From Oligoflexales bacterium (GTDB lineage Bacteria > Bdellovibrionota_B > Oligoflexia > Oligoflexales > RGVZ01): DNA of 48,037 bases. Position 1 is the stretch's first letter, and the number at the start of each line of letters is the position of its first letter. Under the pieces are notes generated by a model, which was not told the DNA's origin, searched no databases, and saw only the letters and a program-made list of their open reading frames with translations. The position numbers were made by a program, and so were the translations under genes. Positions 10,537 through 19,008 of this stretch are shown here, in pieces. The stretch is from the NCBI GenBank assembly GCA_044236265.1, contig JBIIGV010000006.1, forward strand, positions 1 through 48,037, given 5' to 3'.

Positions 10537-12132
10537 TTACGGCGCTAATGTGTCGCCGACTCTCGTTTCCGAGTTACTACTTACAATGTAGCCCAAGGCA
10601 CCTTGTCCATTTATTTCAAGGACTTTCACCACGGCGACCCCAAATCCGTCACCTGATAAATCCTTATTACGAATGTGGCGAATGTCTCTGGTATTGTCCT
10701 TACGATAAATTGCATAACTAGCACCAACGGACAAACCTTCCTTTTCAAGGAAAACAAAGTCTCCCATTGCTCCTACTTGTTTGTAAGCTTCTTCAAATCC
10801 AATCACACTTGAATTTGCAGTATTTATCTGACCAATCACCATCTGTTCTGGTAGAGATCTCTTTGTAGCTAGAAACTCAACCACAATATCACCGTAAGCT
10901 ACGCCACCACGGGCTCCAAAAACATCGCCCTCAAATAAGCCGCTGCGGTTTTGCTTAGTAATTTTCAGGTTCCCCGAAAAATCATAGCGATATCCAACTT
11001 TATCCCCAGTCGCACGGCTATACACCGGACCACGCGGGCGTAACACCGTATACGTTCCGATACCAACATTTTCCTCGGGCTCGACTACAATTTTATCGCC
11101 ATCACCACGCATGTATTCGCCAGAAACACCACTGACAATTTTTCCAAGTGCTGAGCGTTCCTCTTCAAAGTAGAAAGCAGGAATCGAGTAATGAATGGTT
11201 TTGGAAGAATAGGTCCTCCCTGCAAAAATAAAACCATCCAGGGAGTCACTCTCAGATCCAATTTCACTTGGGCCAACTACTGGGACCGGTGCGTCATAGA
11301 CAAGAGCCGTTACAGCCTCTTCGCTTGCCCCAGGTTTTCCAACCTCGGCAACGACCTCACTGACCAGTTCAACTTCTTTTACTGGCCCCTTTTCGACTGG
11401 AACCACTTCATCTTCAGTTACAACTTCAAGATACGGAGGATTCTCCTGATCACCCGAATAAAAAGCCAGTTTTGCACCCGGATATATGAAGTGTGGGTTT
11501 CTAACGTCAGGATTCAAAGACCATAGCTTCGGCCAATAGTTGCCGTCGTCGATCAATTGACTACAAACGTCAAACATGGTGTCACCCTCTTCAACGCTGT
11601 AAAACTCTGGCGCCTCACCCGGAGCCATCTCCCGGCGAGTGCCAGGAAGTGGGGGAACACCACCAAAATCATTTGGAGTCACCGCCTGCTCCAATTTGAC
11701 CGGAGCGAGGCTTCCGTCTCCAAGAAGTGGCGCATTCTGCTCATTTGCTGTGGGTGTTGCAAGAGGATCGGTAAGTCCAGTTGATACTGGAGACAACTCA
11801 CTACTTCCCGAACTCGGCTGCGTCGATGGCGATTGGAGACCCAACCCGGATGGAGGTGGCGATACTGCTGGTTGATTTATTCCTGAAGGATCTGCAGACT
11901 GCCCGCCGCTTACCGGGATCCCCGTAGTTTTATTATTCTCAGGCGGCGTCTCAACCGGTACATCACCAAACAGATCAGATGAATCTCCAAGATTGTTGAT
12001 CGGTGCGCTAGGTGAGTTTCCATTTAGCGGCTCATCGCCCAGCGAAAAATCATCTTCTTGGGCTGATGCCACTTGAAACCAGCACATAGCTGTCACCAGG
12101 ACAAAAAGATTTCTAATTTTATGAGTCTTCAT
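10537..12132 (-). CDS. Secreted LysM peptidoglycan-binding protein (TsaP-like) with a long Pro/Ser-rich N-terminal region
   Basis: Signal peptide; LysM YSVEEGDTM...WPKLWSLNPDVRNPHFIYPG; LysM-dprA synteny. Confidence 0.85.
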   Translation of the reverse strand: MKTHKIRNLFVLVTAMCWFQVASAQEDDFSLGDEPLNGNSPSAPINNLGDSSDLFGDVPVETPPENNKTTGIPVSGGQSADPSGINQPAVSPPPSGLGLQSPSTQPSSGSSELSPVSTGLTDPLATPTANEQNAPLLGDGSLAPVKLEQAVTPNDFGGVPPLPGTRREMAPGEAPEFYSVEEGDTMFDVCSQLIDDGNYWPKLWSLNPDVRNPHFIYPGAKLAFYSGDQENPPYLEVVTEDEVVPVEKGPVKEVELVSEVVAEVGKPGASEEAVTALVYDAPVPVVGPSEIGSESDSLDGFIFAGRTYSSKTIHYSIPAFYFEEERSALGKIVSGVSGEYMRGDGDKIVVEPEENVGIGTYTVLRPRGPVYSRATGDKVGYRYDFSGNLKITKQNRSGLFEGDVFGARGGVAYGDIVVEFLATKRSLPEQMVIGQINTANSSVIGFEEAYKQVGAMGDFVFLEKEGLSVGASYAIYRKDNTRDIRHIRNKDLSGDGFGVAVVKVLEINGQGALGYIVSSNSETRVGDTLAP

Positions 12133-12998
12133 CAAAGACCACCCTGCATTTTGCTAAATTCTGCCGAGGCAATGTCAGACGACTCCTGTCCGGGGAAATC
12201 TTTCATGACTTGACGAAGTTCACCTCTAGCCCTCTCTTTAAGTCCGAGACCGGCATAGACCTTTGCAAGTTCAAGACGAACGTCCGCTACGTCTGACCCC
12301 GAAGGCCATCCTTTCAAATATGCCTCTAGCTCCACACGAGCTGTAGAAAACTCGCGCAGTCTGGCGTAGGATTTGCCAAGCCAGACACGTAACTTTCCTT
12401 CACCTGCATTCTCACCAAATTGACGGCTGATCGCAGCAAGCTCAGAAATCGCGACTCCAAACCGACTAGCTTGGTAAAGATCCTGTACCAATCTGAACTT
12501 GTCATTTAGGCGCGAGTGATTCACATCCGAATTAGAGTCATCGGTATTAGAGTCCGCCGAATGTGACTCGGCTACCTTCAGATTCAACTCATCGATAATA
12601 GGTGCAGACAAGACCTGCCCTTCGACATCATCAAGATGAGCTGATTTTTCAGTTTTCAATTTCTGACCATGATCGTGACTACTTTTTTTCAAACCATCTG
12701 GGGCAATACCGGTTAAAAGTCCTTGCTCAAGAAGTCTGATTTTTTCACGTTGACGTTTTAATTCATCCTCAATTTCACCCATACGACTCATAAGACGAGC
12801 CTGCTGCAGAAAGACTTCATCACTGACCTTTAGTGCATCCTTCGCTTTCTGACCATCCATAGGCACATCAGCGGAGGCAGCAACTGATGCCTCAGAATTT
12901 TTTGCTACGGGCTCTTCTAAAGTTTTTGGCGATTCACCAGAACAGCTGTAAATCGAACCCGTTACGAGCATGATCAAAACGACATAGAAGAAATTCAT
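12132..12998 (-). CDS. Coiled-coil plus TPR lipoprotein (CpoB/YbgF-like)
   Basis: Lipobox-like IYSC, a coiled coil, and C-terminal TPRs ending KDFPGQESSDIA. Confidence 0.7.
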   Translation of the reverse strand: MNFFYVVLIMLVTGSIYSCSGESPKTLEEPVAKNSEASVAASADVPMDGQKAKDALKVSDEVFLQQARLMSRMGEIEDELKRQREKIRLLEQGLLTGIAPDGLKKSSHDHGQKLKTEKSAHLDDVEGQVLSAPIIDELNLKVAESHSADSNTDDSNSDVNHSRLNDKFRLVQDLYQASRFGVAISELAAISRQFGENAGEGKLRVWLGKSYARLREFSTARVELEAYLKGWPSGSDVADVRLELAKVYAGLGLKERARGELRQVMKDFPGQESSDIASAEFSKMQGGL

Positions 12999-13011
12999 AT
13001 CGTCCTCCTTA

Positions 13012-13821
13012 TTAAATAGCGTCTGCCTGACTTAAGCGCTGAATGAAGATTTGAATATTATTTAACTGTAACTCTGAAGGATTTAAAAACTGGATACCAA
13101 GTCTGACGCTTTTGACTACGCGCGACACTCCGTCTTCATCAACCAGCGATTCAGAAACCGGACGACTCCAACGAATCGAAACGTCAACATCACTACTTGC
13201 CATCATGGGCAACCATAACGTGGTCGACTCGAGCGGCTTTGCAGAATCAATGATTTTTTTTAGAACTGGAAACCTAAACTGAACGCCTACGCCGCCTATA
13301 CTGATATCAGAGACCGGAATCATCGAAGCCATATCCCAGGCAGAGTCGAAGGCAGGCTGACTTGCAAGATCAAGTGGGTCCGTCTCTAATCTTTTAAATG
13401 ATAAGAACGCTTTTAAACTATCTCCCACCGGATACCGTGCATTTCGTCGTCGTTCCAAACTCTCGATAAAGCTCGGCAGTGAAAAGACACAAAATTGACG
13501 ATTAATAATTTCTAAATTGGATTGAAATTGGACCTTTTCTGATTTCAAAATGAATTCGATCATAAACGGACGAGTACCGAACTGCATCAAGTGACTCATT
13601 CCTCGATCACTAATATTGCCAACTTTAAATCCAGTGAATTTTTCTCCGTCTGGTATAGCCATCGCTCTGGCTTTAAGAGCAACTCCCGGAGCATCAACAG
13701 ACCGGATAATCAGGGGTAACCCGGACTGCGAGACTATGCTAATTAGTCGCAGCACCTTTTCTTGCGAGGTGATTTTGATTTTCGACTGTGCGGATGGAGC
13801 GTTCACGAGTCCCAACCTCAA
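13012..13821 (-). CDS. PilZ-domain (YcgR-like) c-di-GMP receptor; true start may be GTG 13806
   Basis: RxxxR motif (RRNAR) and DxSxxG motif (DISIGG). Confidence 0.85.
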   Translation of the reverse strand: MRLGLVNAPSAQSKIKITSQEKVLRLISIVSQSGLPLIIRSVDAPGVALKARAMAIPDGEKFTGFKVGNISDRGMSHLMQFGTRPFMIEFILKSEKVQFQSNLEIINRQFCVFSLPSFIESLERRRNARYPVGDSLKAFLSFKRLETDPLDLASQPAFDSAWDMASMIPVSDISIGGVGVQFRFPVLKKIIDSAKPLESTTLWLPMMASSDVDVSIRWSRPVSESLVDEDGVSRVVKSVRLGIQFLNPSELQLNNIQIFIQRLSQADAI

Positions 13822-15034
13822 TTGACGTAATAATCATCGTCCAAGTCGTCAAACCCAAAACATAAGCACTTTCCTGCAAATTATTTTGTGTCAGACCACC
13901 TAGAGCGGACAAAACAAACAAAACAATGAGCACTCTCTTTGCGTCTGACATCCGCGTTGCGACCCTGATCCAGGCGGTCAGCCAGACAATCAATCCCGAG
14001 AACCCTACGAGCCCAAAATCAGCTGCACACTGCAAGAAGGCATTGTGGGCTAACTTAATGTTATCATTCGCTTGTATCGCAGAATAATAGGTTGAAATTG
14101 CCGACTTCGGCGCTCCCGGGCCAAGACCAAACCAGACGTGGTCCATGAAAACTCGCCAGTGGACTGTCCAGTGCGCAAGCCTCATATCGCCTCCAAAACC
14201 AGATTTAAAAAGCTCCAAAAATCGCTCAAAAACTCCAAGACCCATGCCCAGGATCAAGAAAATCAACATAGACAGTGAAATAAGCGCGCCACGTTTCCGC
14301 CACAGATCTACCGGAATCATCAGTAGAACACCTGCGAGCGCGATAACCTGAGGCCCCCTTGAACCAGAGATGAACAACACGAAAAAAGAACATATAGCGG
14401 AAATCGACCATGAAAATTTTACCCAGTTTGACGTTGATCGCTGAATAAAGTGCACAGCACCAATCAAAGCCAGGATCTGGCAGTATGCAAGACTCAAAGG
14501 ATGCCCCATAAAGCCACTCACTCGGTACACACCATACGCAAGTCGATTTTCTCCGAGCATTGATCCAAAACCATGTGCCCAATCGATACCTAGTTGGCGT
14601 TGCATTAGACAGTAAGACGCGTTGATGAAAGATACGATTGCATACGCAAATGAAAACACGGACCAATGTCGATCTGATCCACCCAGGCGCCACCAAAAGG
14701 AGAGATATGCAAACCAAAGCAGAATATACTTCACAAAAAAATTACCAAGACTACGCCGCGCCTCTCGCAGATCAAAGCTATCAGAGATCAGTGCTGCTCC
14801 GATCGAAGCCAGAACCAGACTCAACCAGAAAATTACAGCACTCCGCGACACCGGTAGCAACGCCTCGAAGAATCTCATAAACTGGGAGTTCTGTTTGTTG
14901 AATTGACCAGACCTCCAAGTCACTATTGCGATTAAAATCATGACTAAACCGAGGACATAACCAGAAAAGACTGGCACAAACAGCGCGATGGCCGATAAAC
15001 TAAGTAATATGACCATGAAAGCGTCCAAAATCAC
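13739..15034 (-). CDS. O-antigen ligase/Wzy_C-family membrane protein
   Basis: Many TM helices; RVSGFMGHP, SGSRG, FGLGPG and LAHNAFLQ motifs. Confidence 0.9.
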   Translation of the reverse strand: MILDAFMVILLSLSAIALFVPVFSGYVLGLVMILIAIVTWRSGQFNKQNSQFMRFFEALLPVSRSAVIFWLSLVLASIGAALISDSFDLREARRSLGNFFVKYILLWFAYLSFWWRLGGSDRHWSVFSFAYAIVSFINASYCLMQRQLGIDWAHGFGSMLGENRLAYGVYRVSGFMGHPLSLAYCQILALIGAVHFIQRSTSNWVKFSWSISAICSFFVLFISGSRGPQVIALAGVLLMIPVDLWRKRGALISLSMLIFLILGMGLGVFERFLELFKSGFGGDMRLAHWTVHWRVFMDHVWFGLGPGAPKSAISTYYSAIQANDNIKLAHNAFLQCAADFGLVGFSGLIVWLTAWIRVATRMSDAKRVLIVLFVLSALGGLTQNNLQESAYVLGLTTWTMIITSIEVGTRERSIRTVENQNHLARKGAATN

Positions 15035-15650
15035 CTCTTGTAACTTTCAATTCAGGATTAAAACTCCCGTTTTGATCGCAGTGCTTTATTGTCTCACAGG
15101 AATCCTGCTGGAGACCACGGGTTTGTGTGCTGAGATCGGCTCTGAACAAATGAGCGAGAGCACACCAATTTTATTTCCGTCGTCTTATTTTGGAATCTTG
15201 TTAAATCAAAATCACCCCTATAGCTATGGGCAGAGCGAGTATACGAGTGGAGGCCCCTCATGGGGCGCTGAATATCGATTTTTCTACAAAGATAACTGGA
15301 CACTTGCGATATCAGGATCATTCAAACAGCTAAATGATCTGCAACTAAAAAGCTCACCTAATTTCGCACTGTCGCAAGAGACGTTGAGATTGGTTAGACT
15401 CTATCATCCGTGGTATTTTGCTGCAGGAGCCAGACTCCAGTATTTTGTTCCGGTCCGAAGAATTATGCTCCCCTATGAAAGAGATCAGACTCGGGCAATT
15501 GATAATGGAGCGGCAATTAGCATGGCCGCTATCTGGAAATCGTCAAAAAATACCGCAATGATTTTTGGAGTCAATCGCTGGCGTTCTCTATCGACAAGCC
15601 GCAAACAGGGCGTGGAGATTTCGGCCTCTACTCTATTCACAATTCAGTAA
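14988..15650 (+). CDS. Hypothetical exported beta-strand-rich protein (possible small OM barrel); true start probably downstream of 14988
   Basis: N-terminal hydrophobic segment and alternating aromatic beta-strand patterns; the longest ORF overlaps the start of the divergent gene. Confidence 0.55.
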   Translation: MADKLSNMTMKASKITSCNFQFRIKTPVLIAVLYCLTGILLETTGLCAEIGSEQMSESTPILFPSSYFGILLNQNHPYSYGQSEYTSGGPSWGAEYRFFYKDNWTLAISGSFKQLNDLQLKSSPNFALSQETLRLVRLYHPWYFAAGARLQYFVPVRRIMLPYERDQTRAIDNGAAISMAAIWKSSKNTAMIFGVNRWRSLSTSRKQGVEISASTLFTIQ

Positions 15651-15654
15651 GTGT

Positions 15655-16623
15655 TCATCGCGAGGGACACAGCGGAAGACGGACGCGCGCAATCCATCCA
15701 TAGCGCTGAGACGGCCACACTCGCGACAAACCGTAGGACTCCTTATATTCGGAGGTGTCCATGACGCGATTGAAATTTGCACCAGCACTCAAAACAAGTG
15801 CGTGTCTGTGAGTCATAATTCTATCCATTTGTGATGGACTTTCGTCTCCTCTGGTCATTAAGAAAATCCCATTTTCTGGACTGGCAGTTTGACATCGTTC
15901 GGCACTCTGACAAAATCCAGTGCCTGTATCCTTAATGCCAAGACCAGATAAAAAATCTTTGAAACGGCGAGACTCCTGCTCAAACGGCAAATATCCGGCT
16001 AAAACAACACGCTCAATGCAACTATTCACATCTTTGGCAGCAGCCCTTATTTTTTCCTCAAGCAACGAGTACCATAGACCAGACTGATCAATTCTTGAGG
16101 GCATCAATACATCCACCACAAGAATCGTGCCGCCCTCAGCTTCGATCGGGTAAAAAACCATGTGGCCATCGACACCGAATTGGCTGTAGTTCTTAACGCC
16201 CTCTGGAATATTCATGTGCCTAAGAGGCTTCGAAACTGCGACCGCCAGTAATCTTTCTTCACCCGATTCATTCATTGACTCAAGCTTCACATCCCGCCAA
16301 TCGTATCGATTGAGGGCACCAGATTTCAGAATCATCTCATCTGATTCAGAAACGCTTCCCGCCCGTCGCATAGCGTTTTGCATGATCAAAATATCGGGCC
16401 GCTGATCTCTGAGCGTCGCATCAATTAACTCAAGACGATCGCGACGAAACTGCCAATCTCCACTCCAGGATTTCCCCGTTCGCGGAGTTTCCTGTTGGCT
16501 AAACATGTCTATAGAAGCCAGAGTCAATACGCGCTCACTAAAACCAGATGGACCATCGACCGTAAAACACGACGATAGAAGCACCAAGCTCGTTATGAGA
16601 ACGTGGCGTGACAACACCGACAT
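15655..16623 (-). CDS. Endonuclease/exonuclease/phosphatase-fold lipoprotein with degenerate catalytic motifs
   Basis: Lipobox LLSSC; EEP-like segments PDILIMQN, VVLAGYLP, MDRIM and WPSQRYG; ATG 16623 lies just after the upstream stop codon. Confidence 0.65.
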   Translation of the reverse strand: MSVLSRHVLITSLVLLSSCFTVDGPSGFSERVLTLASIDMFSQQETPRTGKSWSGDWQFRRDRLELIDATLRDQRPDILIMQNAMRRAGSVSESDEMILKSGALNRYDWRDVKLESMNESGEERLLAVAVSKPLRHMNIPEGVKNYSQFGVDGHMVFYPIEAEGGTILVVDVLMPSRIDQSGLWYSLLEEKIRAAAKDVNSCIERVVLAGYLPFEQESRRFKDFLSGLGIKDTGTGFCQSAERCQTASPENGIFLMTRGDESPSQMDRIMTHRHALVLSAGANFNRVMDTSEYKESYGLSRVWPSQRYGWIARVRLPLCPSR

Positions 16624-16624
16624 T

Positions 16625-17785
16625 TTAACAACCAATATGTCGACTGATAACCAATCGCTGAATTTCGCTCGTTCCTTCACCGATTCTGAGTAGAGCAGCG
16701 TCCCGGTAATGACGCTCAATGGGGTATTCTTTCATGAGCCCGTAGCCTCCGAATGTCTGCTGCCCTTCACGGGCACAATACTCGGCAACTTCAGAGCAAT
16801 AAAGCTTGGCCATCGCAGCCACCTTGCCAAATGGTCGGTTTGTTTGCTTTTGCCAGCAAGCTTTGTATAGAAGTCCCTCTGCAGCTTCCACTCGCATCGC
16901 CATTTCTGCCAACTTGAATGCGACAGCCTGGTGCTTGGAAATGGACTGACCAAATGTTTTTCGCTCATTAGCGTACTTCACAGTCATTTCGAGAGCCCCT
17001 TTTGCTAGCCCAAGTCCCATGGCTGCAATAGAGAGTCGACCATTGTCCAACGTCTCCATCATGATCTTGAAGCCCTGACCAATCTGACCCAAGACAAGAG
17101 ACTCTGGCACCTCAACATTATCGAAATAGAGCTCTCCCGTATTACTCGCGCGCCACATCATTTTATCTTTCATGGCTCGGCGCGTAAGACCTTTCGCATT
17201 AGCGTCAACTAGAAAGCAGCTTAGCTCAGCTCGACCATCGGAACGTCGTCCAGTCACGGCCTGCACGGTGATACCTTTTGTCAGTTCGCTCGCACTATTT
17301 GTAATCCAAATCTTACTACCATTAATCACCCAGCACTTTTTCGTCTCATTCCAGACCGCCGTAGTGCGGCTGGCTTGGGCATCACTACCAGCCTCCGGCT
17401 CTGTAAGTCCAAAACCCCATAGCCCCTTGCCGGTACAAAGATCTGGGAGAAATTTCTTTTTTTGTTCCTCATTACCGTAATAGTAAATGGGAGCAGCTCC
17501 CAGACTATTGTGGGCTGCAATTGTTGCAGCTTGGCTTCCGTCTACCTTAGCGAGTTCCTCAACAACGGCGATATAGGACAAATAGTCCATGCCCTGCCCA
17601 CCATATTTTTGTGGAACAACGGTTCCAAATAGGCCGAGTTCACCCATCTTCTGGGTCAACGAAATGCTGAACTGCTCTTTTTCATCAAGTTCTTTGGCAA
17701 TCGGGGCAATCTCTGTTCTTGCAAAATGACTAACAGAATCGCGCAGCATTTTCAGTTCTTCAGATTCGCTATAATCATATGCCAT
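16625..17785 (-). CDS. Acyl-CoA dehydrogenase
   Basis: FGLTEPEAGSD, INGSKIWITN, QTFGGYG and IGEGTSEIQR motifs. Confidence 0.97.
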   Translation of the reverse strand: MAYDYSESEELKMLRDSVSHFARTEIAPIAKELDEKEQFSISLTQKMGELGLFGTVVPQKYGGQGMDYLSYIAVVEELAKVDGSQAATIAAHNSLGAAPIYYYGNEEQKKKFLPDLCTGKGLWGFGLTEPEAGSDAQASRTTAVWNETKKCWVINGSKIWITNSASELTKGITVQAVTGRRSDGRAELSCFLVDANAKGLTRRAMKDKMMWRASNTGELYFDNVEVPESLVLGQIGQGFKIMMETLDNGRLSIAAMGLGLAKGALEMTVKYANERKTFGQSISKHQAVAFKLAEMAMRVEAAEGLLYKACWQKQTNRPFGKVAAMAKLYCSEVAEYCAREGQQTFGGYGLMKEYPIERHYRDAALLRIGEGTSEIQRLVISRHIGC

Positions 17786-17795
17786 GACTCATTCC

Positions 17796-19007
17796 TTATG
17801 TGTCTTGTTCTTCCAAGTCCAAACCTAGATCCACGTCCAAATCCCTTACGCGTCCTTCACGCCCGGTTGTACCCTGCAAAATTCCCCGATACGACTGATA
17901 ACGTCTCGAAGAAATAGAGCCGTCTTCAACAGCTTGACGCACAGCGCAACCTGGTTCATCTAAATGACGACACCCCTGAAACTTGCAGCGAGATGTAACA
18001 TCACGCATGTCAACAAAGCCAAACGCAAGCTCACGATGAGAAAGCTCCTGCAGAACGAAGCTTCGGATACCCGGAGTGTCAATCACATAGCCACCCGTCC
18101 CAAGCTTGATAAAGCTGGCGTAGGACGTTGTATGCCGACCTTTATAGAAAATATCCTCGTTTTTTTCCACAGCTTGTACCAACTCTGGCTCGAACAGATT
18201 CACCAACGAGCTTTTACCAACACCGGAATGCCCTGACAGCATGGACACCCGGCCCTTAAGCAGCATTTTAAGTTCCTGAATGTCGATATTTTTCCGGGCA
18301 GAGGCCGCGTTTGCCTGAACACTGAAGACCTGGTATCCCAAGGTTCTGTAATTATTGATGTTTTCGTCGCAGCTCGCGCGAAAATCTTCTTTCTCGTCCT
18401 GCAATAAATCTTTTTTGTTCAACACGATGATCGGGCGAATGCCTTGTAATTCAGCCAAGACCAAATACCGATCGATTAGACCCCATTTCACAGTCGGCCC
18501 GACGTAACTCGCGACAATCAATAGCTGGTCAACATTACTCGCCAAAACATGATCCATCCCACGCCGATGGGGGTCGACCCGCTTGATGATATTTTTTCTT
18601 GGAGACAGGAGCTGAATGACACATTGGGGCAAATCGGTAACAAGACCGGCGTGATCCTCAGTTGTGCGCGTACAAAAAACTCTATCACCGACAACAATAA
18701 AATTTCTCTGTTCTCGTTTGGCTTGCAGGAACTTTCGAGCAATTGTCGCTAGCCATACATCTCTCGTTTTGATCTGACCTTCTTCTGGCTCTGGGGATAC
18801 AAAGGCATAACGCTTATGAACCTCCACCACGCGAGCAGCAAAACCGTCAGCAAATTTTTCGGGCCATTTGGATTCCTGAACTTCGAACTCTTCTTCCAGC
18901 TGCGCTGCTTTTGAAGTTTTTTTTTCGCGAGGCTTCATTTTGGATACGCGATCAAAAGACTCGTCGTCATCCTCAAATTTTCGCCAATTTCCGCCTTTGC
19001 GACGCAA
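17796..19007 (-). CDS. rsgA: Ribosome small subunit-dependent GTPase A with an N-terminal extension
   Basis: Circularly permuted GTPase motifs NKKD, GHSGVGKSS, GRHTT and DTPG; zinc finger CKFQGCRHLDEPGC. Confidence 0.96.
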   Translation of the reverse strand: MRRKGGNWRKFEDDDESFDRVSKMKPREKKTSKAAQLEEEFEVQESKWPEKFADGFAARVVEVHKRYAFVSPEPEEGQIKTRDVWLATIARKFLQAKREQRNFIVVGDRVFCTRTTEDHAGLVTDLPQCVIQLLSPRKNIIKRVDPHRRGMDHVLASNVDQLLIVASYVGPTVKWGLIDRYLVLAELQGIRPIIVLNKKDLLQDEKEDFRASCDENINNYRTLGYQVFSVQANAASARKNIDIQELKMLLKGRVSMLSGHSGVGKSSLVNLFEPELVQAVEKNEDIFYKGRHTTSYASFIKLGTGGYVIDTPGIRSFVLQELSHRELAFGFVDMRDVTSRCKFQGCRHLDEPGCAVRQAVEDGSISSRRYQSYRGILQGTTGREGRVRDLDVDLGLDLEEQDT

Positions 19008-19008
19008 A

